Origin: Paragordius varius
Lineage: Eukaryota > Animalia > Nematomorpha
Assembly: GCA_964247055.1 (NCBI GenBank)
Contig: OZ176059.1
Location: 496,001-560,000 of the forward strand
Reading direction: 5' to 3'
DNA length: 64,000 nucleotides
Position numbers and translations under genes: made by a program. Shown in pieces: positions 1 to 13,812 of the stretch. Below the pieces are notes generated by a model. The model ran no database searches and was not told the origin of the DNA. It worked only from the letters and a program-made list of their open reading frames with translations. Positions within the stretch are counted from its first letter, which is position 1, and each line of letters starts with the position of its first letter.

Positions 1-10
1 TAATGCCAAA

Positions 11-682
11 ATGTCTGCCGAGAGGGACTTTCATCGCGACAATGGGGAAACGGTTTCCCTCAAGATGATGCATGGGAGACAAAGGCAAGCTTACCATGAG
101 GAACCTATGGTTGGTGGAACTGAGTCTGGAGATGAAAATTTAAAGGTTCTCAAGCTGCCTTACCTGACGAACCGATTTGCCTTTTACACTATAATGCCAC
201 CCGCAAAAACTATGCCAACATTGGTCAAAGGTTTGACGGTTGAAAAGATAAAGCGGTATATTAAGAGCGTGCAACCGGTTGATGTGCAAATATCGATTCC
301 CATATTTCAAACGCTATCTGACCTTAATTTGGTTAAAACGTTGGAACATCTGGGTGTTCAGACCATTTTTAAGTAATTTTAATATAAATTTATATCTTTT
401 AATATATTTATATCAATTTGTTAACACAAAATTAGGCCCGGAGGTGATTTTACTGGACTGTCGAAGGATCCACGTGCCAATTTGTATGTGTCAACTTTGG
501 TTCACAAGGCCCTTTTGAAGGTTAACGAAAATGGGACTGTGGCGGCTGCTGCGACTGGGGCTGGAGTGTCAATTACTTCCCTGCCCCCCTTTAATTTTGT
601 CGCCAATAAACCGTTCATGTATTTGTTGTATGACCACGAAACGGATCACATTTTGTTTATGGGTGCTTACACTGGTCATTAA
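11..682 (+). CDS. Serpin (serine protease inhibitor), last two exons; 5' part lies outside the window
   Basis: Exons ~1-372 and 436-682 join in frame (AA|GTAATT...TTAG|G). The product contains the hinge and reactive loop ENGTVAAAATGAGVSITSLP and the serpin C-terminal signature FVANKPFMYLLYDHETDHILFMG. Confidence 0.93.
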
Positions 683-899
683 TGTTTTTGTATTTGCTAT
701 ACTAGTCAATCTAACCATATACTTTTAAATAAATGAATCCATTTTACTTTTTCTTTGATTATATATATAGTAAAATTCGTTATTTAATTGGCTATTAGGG
801 GATTTTAATTTACATATCTGTTGCCATGTATGAAGAATTTCATTTTATATTTTTTTCCACAATGTTCAAAAATCTATATATTTATAAAAATGGAAAATG

Positions 900-3480
900 C
901 TGGCTTTATGATCTGTTTCCGGAAAACCGGTAGACCCTTTAAAGTCAAATGTCGAAAAAATATAATTAATGAATCCCCCGACAGAAGCTTCGTCCTTTTT
1001 TTGAATTAGGCCCCCAGTTCGGGATCACCCCGTGTAAAAAACGGTTTTTTTTAAAACAGAAGGTCGACAAAAATAATTTTATGAATCTCTTTGTCGCCCA
1101 AGGTATGAGACCGTAAAAATTCAATGAGGATTCCAGGTATTCCCTGTGAAAAGGCAATAATTTTAGTCGTGCGTCTTTTTAACATCGGCTTCTGGGTAGG
1201 GTAATGTGACCAGATATTTTGAACTTTGGCGCAGTACAAATTTAAAACATACTTTGCATGTTTTTACATCATCGGTGTAATATATTACACAGTTTCCACG
1301 AAAAAATACCCTGATGAAATATATATATATATATATTCAGATCTAAAAATATCAGGATTATCATGGTGCTTTTGGTTTAATCTTTTACGAGTAAAAAAAA
1401 GTTATTTACACTTTTGTGGTAAGTGCTCCGTATAGAATTGCAAAAGGTGGGCAATTTTTTTAAATATATTTTTTGGTGAATGCTAAATGCTTTGTTTCAA
1501 AAAATAACACTAAAATACAAAAACTAATATAAAAAGCAAAGCAATATTTTTGGAAATATATAATTTTAGATGTGGACTCTGGAAGTCCCAAATTTTTTCT
1601 TTCTTTTAAAATGGACTGTTCTCTTAAAATAAACGCAACATTCCGACATTGTGCAATAATAAATATATGTTTAATTTTGATATCAACTAAATTTTAAAAA
1701 ATTCATACTTTCAAAAATTTAATTTTTAGCGATGTTGAAGCATACTTCCATACTATTTTGAGCATAAAAACAATATAAACGGTTAAGATGTTATAACATT
1801 TTATATATGTAATTCGGTAATGCATTTCTCAATCAATTTTGATTAATTCTTTGTTTTCAAATTTATGTTAAATAAAAATTGTTTTTTACAAAAATTTACC
1901 AATTGCAAGCAAATAAACCTTTAAATTAAAATTCTGAATGTTCACCATCATTGAATAATTTAGATAAAGGGATAAATTAATTAAAATTAAAGTATAGGAA
2001 AAAATTAAGTAATATCATACCGCCCGCCCACTTAATGAGTATAGAAACCAAAAAACTCCTAATTAAAAAAAGTTATTTCAAAATCATATGCCATATATAA
2101 ATTTAAAATAATAGTTACGGGAAAATTTCCTGTAAAATTTTCCGTTTAAATATAACAAAATATTCGAAACTTGAAATATCTATTAAAGAACTATAAATTA
2201 ATTTTGTTATTTTTAAATTTTGAGGTACCTCTTATTGCTGTAGCCATGAGTGAAAAAGCCATTAGCCTGAATCTTAAGCTGTAGAGTCCGAGATGTATAG
2301 TTTCGCCACTGTGCGAAAGGCTGCAATCTTAAGTTTTATGTATAATTCGAGCAGACAATAAAATAACCGATTAAAAATAGGCCAATTTTAGTTTTTTACC
2401 GCAAAATGAACCATTTCTTTGAAATTATGGGGTTATTTTTAGAGAGGGTACTATATTAAATAAAATAATGAATAAATAAAAGGTAATTAATATATATTTA
2501 AAAATTAATTAAAAACAGTACAACAGTGGGCGCAGTACAGGCGCAGTTTTTTCTAAAAACCCAGTACTGTACTGCGAAAAACAGCCTATCTGGTCACATT
2601 AGGGTAGGGGGCTACCCGAGTAAAATTGCGTCACCATATCGATATTTCATGAGGTCATGTGTTCAATAATGGCTTGAAATATTACCCGTAAAAAGGTAAA
2701 TTTTAGCTAAACCTGTATTATTATATTACCCCTAATTAGGCCCTTGCCCTAAAAAATGCGCCACCATAGAATGAATTTTTGGTTTTATGAATTGTACGAA
2801 AATCCCAGGAGAGCATATCGAATCAATCATGATATCAGGCAAAAATTTTAATCAAGCGTTATTTTGTTTCGCCCCTGGCTAGGGGAGACTACCTGCCTAA
2901 AACTGCGCACCATATCGATACAGCATGTCTTTGGAGCCAAATTTTAGAAATATGAATCTAATAGGAATATATGGAATCCATGATAATTTCAGATATTCTC
3001 CATATAAAGGCAAAAATTTTGCCCAACGTTTTTTTGATACCTGCCCCTGGGTTGGCGCTACCCGCCAAAAACTGGGCCACTATATAGAAATTGCGTTGTT
3101 TTGGAGCTAATTTAAAGAAAATTTATGAAGCCATATGAGCTCATTAAAAGTAAATATTACCCGTAACTAGGTAAAAAAGGTCAGGCGTTTTTTTATTAGC
3201 AATTAATTTTGGGTATTTATGCCCTAAAAATACGCCATCATATAACGATTTAGTGTTGAGGTGTTTTTTCAAATACCACATGAGACTATGGTATCAAAGA
3301 TGATTCAAAATATTTGCCCTATAAAGGCAAAGAATATAACTCAGCGCTTTTTCCATATAGGTCTATGGGAGGGGTTTACCGGTTTAAAACTGAAACGCCA
3401 TAGGAAAATGGCGTGGTTTTGGAGCTAATTTTCCAAAAACTTAAGAAGCCATACGAGTTTAGTTAAACACATTTCTTGTA
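900..3480. repeat. Diverged ~150-165 bp tandem repeat array, interrupted by the hAT element
   Basis: A ggctacc/tgccc..aaaa(a/c)tgcg.caccata motif recurs near 2611, 2745, 2888, 3057, 3220 and 3375. The unit CTGGGTAGGG|GGCTACC is split across 1201/2610. Confidence 0.6.
1202..2601. mobile_element. Non-autonomous hAT element (Blackjack-like termini), 1400 bp
   Basis: Perfect 15-bp TIR TAATGTGACCAGATA (1202-1216 and 2587-2601). Perfect 8-bp TSD GGGTAGGG (1194-1201 and 2602-2609). Subterminal GCGCAGTAC motifs; no transposase ORF. Confidence 0.9.
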
Positions 3481-4403
3481 AATTTGTATAATCTCATTTT
3501 TCCTTTAAAAGGGACCACGAATGATTTACTTTTTATATTCCTTGATCCCAGCTGTGTGAACACAATTTTAAAATAAACTTTAACCATGATTTCGTAAAAC
3601 GAAAATCTTATAATAATTCCAATGATAGTATATTAATTTTAATAAGGGACAGTTTAAATATGGTCAATTTCGAGTAAACAATATTTCAGCCTATGCAAAA
3701 ACATGTAAAAGAATAATTAAAGACATTCTTTTTATTAAATATGTTTTTTATAATTTTTTTATCTTCATTACTTCTATTTATTGCAAATTATTAAAATTAT
3801 CGGTGAGAATACGTCACAACGAAGCGTTACAGGCCAGCTAGTAACTAATAAAAGGGAAAAATCTCATACATAGCAACAGATATGTATCTCAATGCTGCAA
3901 ATGACCTTCGTTTAAGTTACTTTTAACATTAACTGTGGATAATTTTGGGAAAAAATGTATTAAAATGACTCTTAGACCTAATCTGTGCTTATGATATTTC
4001 CAAAACTTTAACTTAAACTTGGGGGTTTATTCAAAATTGATTTAAAATTGTTGCAAGTAATAGTGATTGGTGTCGCAACAATGAATAAAAATAATACCTT
4101 TTTTTAGTTTTTTTTGTGTGTTGTGTCATCAAGTGCGCTTTAATTATACATATGTAATTTTTATAATAATGCTTATATTATTCTACTATAGCACTAATTA
4201 TTTTTTGTACATCTACAATAAAAATTTTCTCTTATCCCAATAATAAATACCATGATGGACAACCTTGCTTTATTTAAGCACCTGTAGTTATAACTCATTT
4301 GTAAATTGGTATCCTCTGATTGACATTATATAATAATAGAATATTATAAAAACTTTAAATTTTATATCAAAGTTTCCAATGGCCAAGTATCATTTATCCA
4401 ACG

Positions 4404-7400
4404 TTGGTGTTCATCAAACGCTTTAATATTCTTTTGTACTACAATGGTAACATTGTTTTTGGTATGGAACGTATGCTATTATCTACTACTCATACTGATA
4501 AAAACGATATAAAATTTTCTGGTCGCAATAATGGCCACCTCATTAATTATTTTGCAAAACACGACATTTATGCCGGGGAAAATACGAAATCTTCTAGTGA
4601 TAAGGGCAGTAAAGCTTGTTTCCCTATAATTGGTAAACCGTCAGAACTGATTGTTCAAACCACTTACCTTGAGTATGTATGGGAACAGGGTATTAATGCC
4701 TTAAATCCTGACATTTTCATTTCAATCCCACACCAATGTAAACGTAATAATAATATATCGACACCAGTTAACTCTAAAATCAATTATAATAATAATAATA
4801 ACAATAATCCTCATCCATTTTCATTAAAAGCGACAAACTTTTCCGCTATAACCCCTGGGGGTAATTTGGAAGCCTTAGCTTGTGAATTCTGTATAGGCGT
4901 ACATAAAATGGTTTTATGTGGCAAAAGGTTAGTTTGATAAATTAACGCTTAAATTATTTTTTTAACATGGGCGTGTAATTAGCTTAAAATATGTCTCCCA
5001 TGTAAAAAATGAAATCCTTGTATCTTAACTTAAAAATATTTATATTAAATGAGTTACTAAATATATATATAGACTCTTTTAATATAACCATTTTATAAAT
5101 TTCATCTATGTTTTCTGGCTTTAAATTCATATAAGTTATGTAATGAGCCAAACTTACTCAGTTTAGAAATTATTTCCAGCTTTATCATCCACTCTTCTTT
5201 TTTAGCGGTTATTTTTATCGTATCCTCTTGCAAAACCCCAATACGAAAAGCATACAATTACCCAAAGACAAATTTGGTTGGCTAAATCAAGACATTTTTA
5301 TCCTACTTGTGAAATGTTTGTATGGAAACGTGTACCTCGATTCAACTAACATTGATGATATTTGTAAGGGAGCAAAGCAACTCGAAATGCCTGACTTGTG
5401 TGAATTATGCGATACTTTCCGCTATAACTATGCCATTCAGCTGGCAATGTTGGCGGCCGAAACTGGAAAAGACAATCTTTCAGCTATAAATAATTCTACA
5501 GTTTCTCAGCAACGAGAACGAATTGGATCCCTAATTGTATCACCGTCATTTGGGTTAGCGACAAGCACTAACAGAAAATCAATTAGTGCCTCCTATTTTA
5601 CCGGTATTTTTACAGTAAATATTAAAGGTAAACGGACAAAACGTATAAAAACTAAATGACAATTTTATGTAAAAAGAGAGAACCATATGTTTTAAACCCT
5701 ATCTTCAATACTCTAAGGAATATTATGTGTATTGGTAACACACTTAATTATATATTTAAATATGATAATATTTTAGGAAATAACATGGTATAGAAAAGTA
5801 TGGTTATCTTTACAATATGTCCTTTGATTTAACGTTTTGTATATATAATTCCAATTATACTGTAATAAAAGAGACACTTAATTTAATAGTTGAAATATGC
5901 ATTTTTTTCTAGCATTGCGTAACACCTTTAGTTTTGGGATGTTGTTAGAAATTGTTATCTATGGTGGTGCGCCGTTAATTTTAAAGATATCTTTGCAGCT
6001 AAAATATATATTTTATTATATATAAAGTATGGTATTTAAAATTTGGAGCGGACCGAAAATTAATCTAAAAGAGCGGTAGAATCGATGTAAAGCGATAGTA
6101 TATATGTTGGAGATTTAAAATAGGCTTTTCATTCGCAAACCTTACATATTATTGAGAGGACTAAATAAGAAATCTCTAAAACAAAATATGTATTTTACAG
6201 GGCGACGAGATACGCATTATATTCAATTTTAACTGCTTCCAGTGATTAATAGGGTTAGAGTTTCCAACCTGAAAACGATACCTTACTTACAAATAATTTT
6301 ATTACCCACATATATAAATTATATTTTACATGAGCTTATATATATATTATCAACATTTTACAGAATTTCTTAAATCACTGTGGAATGGTGGACGTTTGTT
6401 TATGCATGATACGGCTGTGATTGTGGGGAATGTCCGATTTCCGGCACATCGCATTGTTTTATGCTGTCATAGCAAATATTTTGCAAATATCTTTGCTTCA
6501 AATAATTCGATGATTGACCGTACCTCGGTTCAAAGGAGACTAGGGCATAACAGTAATAAAGATGTTAAACGACACGATATAGTTAATAACATACAGCTGC
6601 CATCTTCTATGGGTGTAAATGCATTAACGTTTTCTAAGCTCCTAGAGTACATGTACACAGATAAAATTACGATAACACCTTCTGATGCAACTAACTTATA
6701 TCAAGCTTGTACAGTATTGGGTATTGAACATATCACCAATTTTATAGCTAAAACGTATGGATTTGAACAGGAACAAAAAAATGACACCACTGCACAACAA
6801 TTACCTGTTTTTAACAGGATTGAATGTACTTTGGATCGCAAAAATTTCAGTTACAAACAAGCTGTTTATGATGAGTCTTTAAGGCTAAAATATACCCCTA
6901 ATCCATATGGCGGGGACGGACCAACATCAAATTCCTCTAATTTTAATGTTAGCCGTGTTGTTGATGGATTGGAAAACCTTACTCTAACACAACTCATTGA
7001 TGTATTAACCAATGATTATGTTATAGCGAACAATGAATTTGAACTATTCCAAGCCGCAGTTAATTGGTTAAAATGGAATGATCGTCAGACTAATGGTAAG
7101 AATGAGAACAATGAGATGGATAGCAGAGAACGATATTGCGGCACAGTATTAAAGTGTATCAGATTTGATACTTTTACACCACAAGAATTAGTTAGAGCCA
7201 TACAAATGACAAAATCATGGTTCATGAAAGATGAAACATATCGTGGACACATTTTACGAGCAAATTGGTATTTTAATTATAAATTTACACAGATAAAAGA
7301 AACAAAAATATTATAGAGCCTGAATTTTTACATTAGGGTGGTGAATACTAACAATTATTGTCACTTGACGGATAAAAAAAATATAAGGATAAATATTTTT

Positions 7401-9246
7401 TCAAAAAAAGACCCCTGTTCTTTTTAATATAACTCATTGTTTGTATGATGCAAACATTACGGTTTGAAAAATGTATGGGTTGTCTTTGTCTTTTGAAAAA
7501 AAAATTATCTTTTATTTTTACACTTTGTCCGTATTATTTCAATTGTTATTATATATTTAATATAATGTGCCATAAATATGCATAATAATCACTAGATTAA
7601 TATTTGTAATGATGATTTAGTAGTACCAACTAAAATAGTATGTGCCTTTATTATCCACAAAGCGTTCTTTATTTTTGTGTTTTTCCTTTGGAAAAGTCAT
7701 TGGCTCATAAGGTTCCTTAATGATATTGAAAACGCCTACAAAAATTGTGGTGTAATGTAATTGTAACTCGGTACCATTTGATGTAAACCTATTTTTTAAG
7801 CGTCGGAATTATTGTCTAAAATATTCGCTTAAGCTTGAAACCAAAACAGAGAATGTCTTAAAAAATGTCAAAATTAGATAGATTTCAAGATGCGTGTCTA
7901 TAGTTTTATATATGGCTTTGAAGCATTTATGTCTTAAATTCATATAACCTTTTACTACACTATAAATATATAAATGCACCGATAAAGCAACATTTTTAAA
8001 TTTATACCATAGCTTAAAAAAGTGACTTGCTCAATTAAATTATAACAGGATCTGACCATTTCTATGAATAAAGTGTTTTCATCATTTATTGTGCTTAATA
8101 TGATTGAAGCACTTTTTAATTAGCCCCCCTTGGCCTTATCCTTCGTAAAATTAAAACAAAATCTATTAAAACATTGAAGTGGTAGTTTTTTTTTACGAAA
8201 GTAGCATACCAAATAAATTTTGTTAGATCACTAACATTTTTTAGGTAGATACTGTTAAATTAGTAGACCCTGGTTGAGCCATATGTATGTAAAATAGAAA
8301 TTTCAACATATTCAATCAGTAAGATTTTCCGGAAAGCATAAACCCATATTAGATTATTATAGCCATTTTATCATTGTCGATTTATCATTTAACCTTTTGA
8401 TGACAAATCATCGTTATGATTAAGCGATACGTGAAAAATAATTTTAAGAACATTTTTTTTAAATTTACGTTTAATTTTTGATGTTTTGCAACATATAGTT
8501 TAAAACACTAAATGTTTTAGAACGTATTTAGGTAATTTGTATCACGGCTGAAATTTACACACTCTCTAACACACTTTATAATCACCTACAAACATTTTAA
8601 AATTACCCTAAATATAAATTATGATTTAGTAAATAAAATATTATCTATAAAAATTACTAACATAATACGGAAAAAAGAACTATGCTGTTTTGAATATATT
8701 TATATATATTGAAATAATAAATTAGATTAGCCTAAAAACACATAATTTAATTTAAAGGTGATTATGTAATGTTCAAAAGTGAATTTGAAATATTTGAGGA
8801 TTTTCATACTTTTAACTTGCCACATAACACCCGTATTTATCTTTCCACCTTGCGCTTCTTAAAACCGTACAAGGAGAAAAGCGCCTCATATAAAATTAAA
8901 TTTTATACCTCGTACTAATTCGACATAATTATGTCAAAAAATTAACTAATAGTTAAATGAAACCCGTTATGATGATACCGCTTCATAGATTAGTACCATT
9001 TTTCGTAAACCATTTATTATACATTCAAGATATGCTAGGTACACAAAAATTGACCTGCCCAAAAAATCGATTTATTTAACGTATAGGAGTTTTAGAACTA
9101 CAATTAACATATTACTGGATAGACCGCCCCGATTATATCGAAATTTTTACAGGTATATCAAATGTAAATCCTTGCCCTCAATACCCGCAAATGAAGCATT
9201 AGTCAAACCAACTAAAAGACGGTATAATGTACGACAAAAAACCTAA
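4404..9246 (+). CDS. Tandem BTB/POZ-BTB-BACK protein; start codon not pinned
   Basis: Phase-consistent exons 4404-4927, 5206-5603, 6364-7267 and 9153-9246 (1920 nt). BTB1: VHKMVLCGK|SGYF...LLVKCLYG. BTB2: FPAHRIVLCCHSKYF...LLEYMYTDKI. BACK: NEFELFQAAVNWLKW...VLKCIRF. Confidence 0.85.
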
Positions 9247-9675
9247 AACGCAAACAAAACCCACAATGATCTCCAGTTAAAATGGCATGTGGAAAATGAT
9301 CTCTTCTTACACATTTTAATCTCACCATCTGGTTTGACACACAACATTCTATCGGATTTTACAATTATTATTATTATTGTTCTTAGTGAAATTATGATTA
9401 TAATTATTATTATTAATATTATTATCAGTTATTTTTTCTAAACAAAAAAAAGCAAACTCAAAAATTTTAGACAACAACAAGCAAATAAATTTTTTCTAAA
9501 TATTTATTTAATTTGTAGAAAATGATTGTGAGTATCGTTTTAACAAAAGCGTAATGTTCAATAATTATGGTTTAAAGGAATTTTATTATTTAAAGGATTA
9601 GTATAAGAGCCTGATTGTTTCTAAAATATGTTTAGTGTGAAAATTTCTTATAATTAAATCTTGTTCGATTTCATC

Positions 9676-9720
<45 letters not shown>

Positions 9721-9930
9721 GAAATTGAATTCAATTTTAGAGGGGTACTCACCATCTGTCCGTTCTTTAAGAATCACAATGTTTTATACATCCCTCAAAT
9801 TTTGATTCTAATTGTGGTTCAATAAAAATAGCAAGCAGTAGTAAAATCCTTCCATTATAGGCTGGGCTTACAAGCGGTATTGAACGAATGTCGGGTTTAT
9901 ACAATTTCTTTCATGTGGTGAAGTCCGGTG

Positions 9931-10796
9931 TTATGAATCAAAACTTTCACATGGTATTGATACCAGTGTAGTATTACGGTCGTTCTTCTTAGAATTTGTC
10001 GATTGAATACAGGCGGGAGGCGTATTTTTTATCTACACATCTTAGCCAGCATGCGCATGCTGGAACATTTATTAGGTCTTTGGTGTTTATTCCGCCTGTT
10101 TTTGCGATATTATTATTACTATGCCATTTACAAAGCCCTTGAAATCTTCAAATTCAACCTAAAAATTAAATTAAATCATATTTTAGCTTATATGACACAT
10201 CTTAAATATGATATATTTCTTTACGGCATATGCTTTATTATTAGTATTAATTTTGCTTTTCAATCAAATCTAAAATCTATTTATTTTATTTGATGATAAA
10301 TTTAGTGCATCCAATTAATTTTGTTAATAGGCTCGGTGTTTAGCCCAACATCCTGGTTATAACTGGGCTTTAAATATATTATGTACTGAAAATTTATCTT
10401 TCGAATTGCGGTGATGTTTTATGATCGAACCGCTTTTATCAATTAGCCCCCGTCCAACTTTGAATATGTTTTTCTCCGAATTTCGTTCAAATTTGTGATC
10501 AAAGCAATTTAGGGAAAAACCAATGCGACTAGCATTCAATGCGCTTAATTTCATTATCATGGTAGTGACACCATATCTAAGACTTTATATAACAATGGTG
10601 ACTTTAATGTTATATATGGAAAACGTTTGGATCTAGTTTTATTACAATACCAGTCATTTCGTATAAATACGCCAAAAATCCTCTTACAGCCCCACACTAC
10701 GTTTAATAAAGTAAAAAGGGCACACTGCGTATTAATAAAGTAAAAAGGGCATATTATAAAGGCGTTAAATAGCATATACATGAAAGGATAATACAT
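9931..10796 (-). CDS. Possible 3' exons of an unidentified, partly hydrophobic gene
   Basis: Minus-strand open frames with coding-like composition at 10557-10796 and 10357-10560, plus a candidate terminal exon at ~9931-10032. No recognisable domain; splicing is unresolved. Confidence 0.3.
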
Positions 10797-12907
10797 TTAC
10801 GTACAACTTTTTAGCCGATTTGTTTAGCCTTACTCCTGGCCCCATTTTGATTTGATTCTATTTAAACTTTATCCATCAAGCCGATTATGACCAAGCGACC
10901 TTAAATAATATATATTTATTCCCACAACTATATCATATTCTTTAAAATTACAAAAAGTGTGGAGTTTATTTTTTCCATTTTATAAGGGCATAAGACTTAT
11001 ATTGTATTAAGTAGGGATTCGTAACGGATCCCGGTTCCTAAAATTTGAGCAGGAACCACCACGGTTCCATCTCCAAAAAAAGTGATTACCATATGTTTTT
11101 ATTTTTTAAAAATGATTATTATTCAAATTGGTATTTGAATTTGATTGTATGATAATATTTTTTCAAATTTTACATCACAATGGAATGACCATCATATAGA
11201 TTTGTTGTTAAAATATTATTTTTGAAAAAATATCATATCGTAATATTGTTTTCTCGTATCCAATATATATCGAATAGGTATCCATAGAAAAAGTTTGAAT
11301 TAAAAATTATATTTTAAGATCTGTAAACTGACGACCGACTTACTTGTGCAATTATTTTTTATTGCTAAATTAAGATTTCATCCATAGATGCGATAATATT
11401 TACAAATAAATACCTACCTCTGTACTTGCACACTGTAACCGGTTCCGGAACCCTTCGGTCTTAAGAATCAACCCGGAGATTCCTAATTATAGGAACCTCT
11501 CTTTATTATAATTCTTTAAAAACCAGGCCGGTTTCGGTTCTTAGCCGTGGTATTAAGAACTCTTATAAACTCTAACACTCACCTATTAATATTTTTTAAG
11601 GCGGGTTTTATGGTATTTTGATTCATGGTGGAAACGGTTTCCAAATAGTATTGAATATTATAAACATACTGCTAAATATTTTTACCACCTAAAATTAATA
11701 AACAGCTTGTTCGCCTTCAAATTTATATTTCATATGTATTTATTTAAAAAATTATAAATAAACTCCCAAGAATCAAATGTTTAAGGGCATTCCAGGAATC
11801 TCTTTAAAATACTAATAATGTGATAAAATAATAAAATTATATCATGGATCTATAGATTTTATATAACCACTCTATGTTTGCACATTGTACAAAGGGTTAC
11901 ATAAGTATATTCCTGTAACTTTTCAGAAATTTAAATATTGTCCCAAGTTCTATTGAAGCATATCATAAATAATAAAGCAAATATAGAAATTTTGTTGATT
12001 AAAATCCATCTAACTTTTAGTGCATTAACAAAAAACGTTTTAAAATTGCTAAATTGAAGTTGCCCGCGTTCTATATTAATAGAGTTTGTCAGATTTAAAT
12101 ATTTCAAAATAGATAGATACGTTACAAGCAGGACACAATCATAGTATATATGTTTCACATAACAACAACCATAAACTAGGGTAATTTTTGGAATCTTTTT
12201 TGGTCACTTCACAGTATCAATTTTATTTAAAAATCTCAAAGAATGGAAGATATTGGGCCCAAATTTATAAATGGTCTTTGTATGGCCTTTTAGGATAATT
12301 GTTAAAATATTTTAGAAAATAAAATTGTGATAGGGATAACATTAATTTAATTTTTATAGCTTTATTTTCTCGCATCAGAGTCATTTAAAATTTTAAATTT
12401 ATCTTTTTTAAACGATTTTCGGAGTAGTTTTGTAGCAGAGAGCATAAACTTGCAAATGAATTGCTTAAAGTTGTTTTGAAAAATTATCAAATCACCGGTA
12501 AACGTCAATGTTCGGATGCTCAGTAGAGATTAAAAAAATCACAAGAAAAAAATGGCGCCTAAAATAAAATTTGTATTAGATCATATCATCATAATTTTGG
12601 TCAATATCACAGATTTTCTTTTGATGATTAAATTTGGAAGCCCAATGGGGCGAAAACCTACTCTAAAAAGTAATCACGTGGTTATAACGAAAATATTCTA
12701 TGGTTGTATAAGCGCATTATGCAAACTTTTATAAAATAAATCATCACATGCCCCCGAATTTAAATGATTTTTTAATGAATCTTGCGGGGGGATATAAATA
12801 TACAAATAAAATATACATATTCTGATAGAATGTATCAGGATTATGATGATGATTTTGGTTCAGGTCCTTACAAATGATTTGAAAAAATTAATTACGTTTA
12901 TGGTGAC

Positions 12908-13812
12908 TGCTCCATATCAGAAAATGGTATAGTTGCGCAATTTCGTTAAATAAAACTTAGTGAAAGCTAAATAGCTTATTCTTAAAACAATAAATATATT
13001 ACAAACTACAAAGGAATAAAATAATAAAATTTTAATTTTTTTATTTGCGATCCCAAAGCCGCTGCCCTTAGAAAGGGGTTAGTTTTCTCAAAACCGTAAA
13101 AATGCCGAGATTGCGCACTAAATTTTAAATGTGCAAATTTTCGGCATCAGAAAATGTTTTTTTAAAATGAATATTTCGCTTAGCAAAATTTTGTTGAGGC
13201 GTGCATACTGTTACGAGGCATGGAAATAGGATTAAAATATAAGCACTTTTTTTCCATGTCTTTAGATGATTTTGAACATTTGTATCACATCAGAATCTGA
13301 TTATTCTTTATGTAATAAGGGTTTTTTACGAGAATTCCCCTAAATTTAAAAGGGAACGACTCTTTTAATTAAAATTTTGAGTTGATATAAATGTCAGAAC
13401 CATTGTATATATAAAAAGTTTTTATAATATCTTAAATTTTACATTGTTTTCATCATGCCGCAAAATAGCATAAGCACTATTTAACAAATTTTTCAAAAAT
13501 TATAATTTTATATCCCTATTTTTCGGGAAATAAACCTTTTTGATGTCATAAATTAGCATATTTAAAATTTTTATTGCGCAAATTCTGCATTTTGCCGTTA
13601 GTTTTACCAGAACTAAGCCCTTTATAGAACGGTCAACATCTTGGGACTTTCAAAGCCTATATATAAAAATTAAAATTTCATAAAATCAATTCTTTGACTT
13701 TAATACGCATGATATATTTAAGTGATATTTTTAGAATAAAGCATTTAGACTTATCTGTAAAATTTGATTTAACAAAATGTGCGCATTTATCGCCATTTTC
13801 TGATATGGAGCA
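12908..13812. mobile_element. ~905 bp foldback/MITE-like element
   Basis: Perfect 20-bp TIR TGCTCCATATCAGAAAATGG (12908-12927 and 13793-13812), with further internal inverted similarity (~13070-13135 vs ~13560-13625). No clear TSD. Confidence 0.75.

Noticed and set aside
1-682. Higher GC of the serpin as a sign of horizontal transfer
   Set aside because: It has a normal spliceosomal intron and some ERCC6 exons reach similar GC; composition alone is insufficient.
11012-11574. Possible hAT-like MITE with GGTTCC/GGAACC motifs
   Set aside because: Termini match poorly and no TSD was found.
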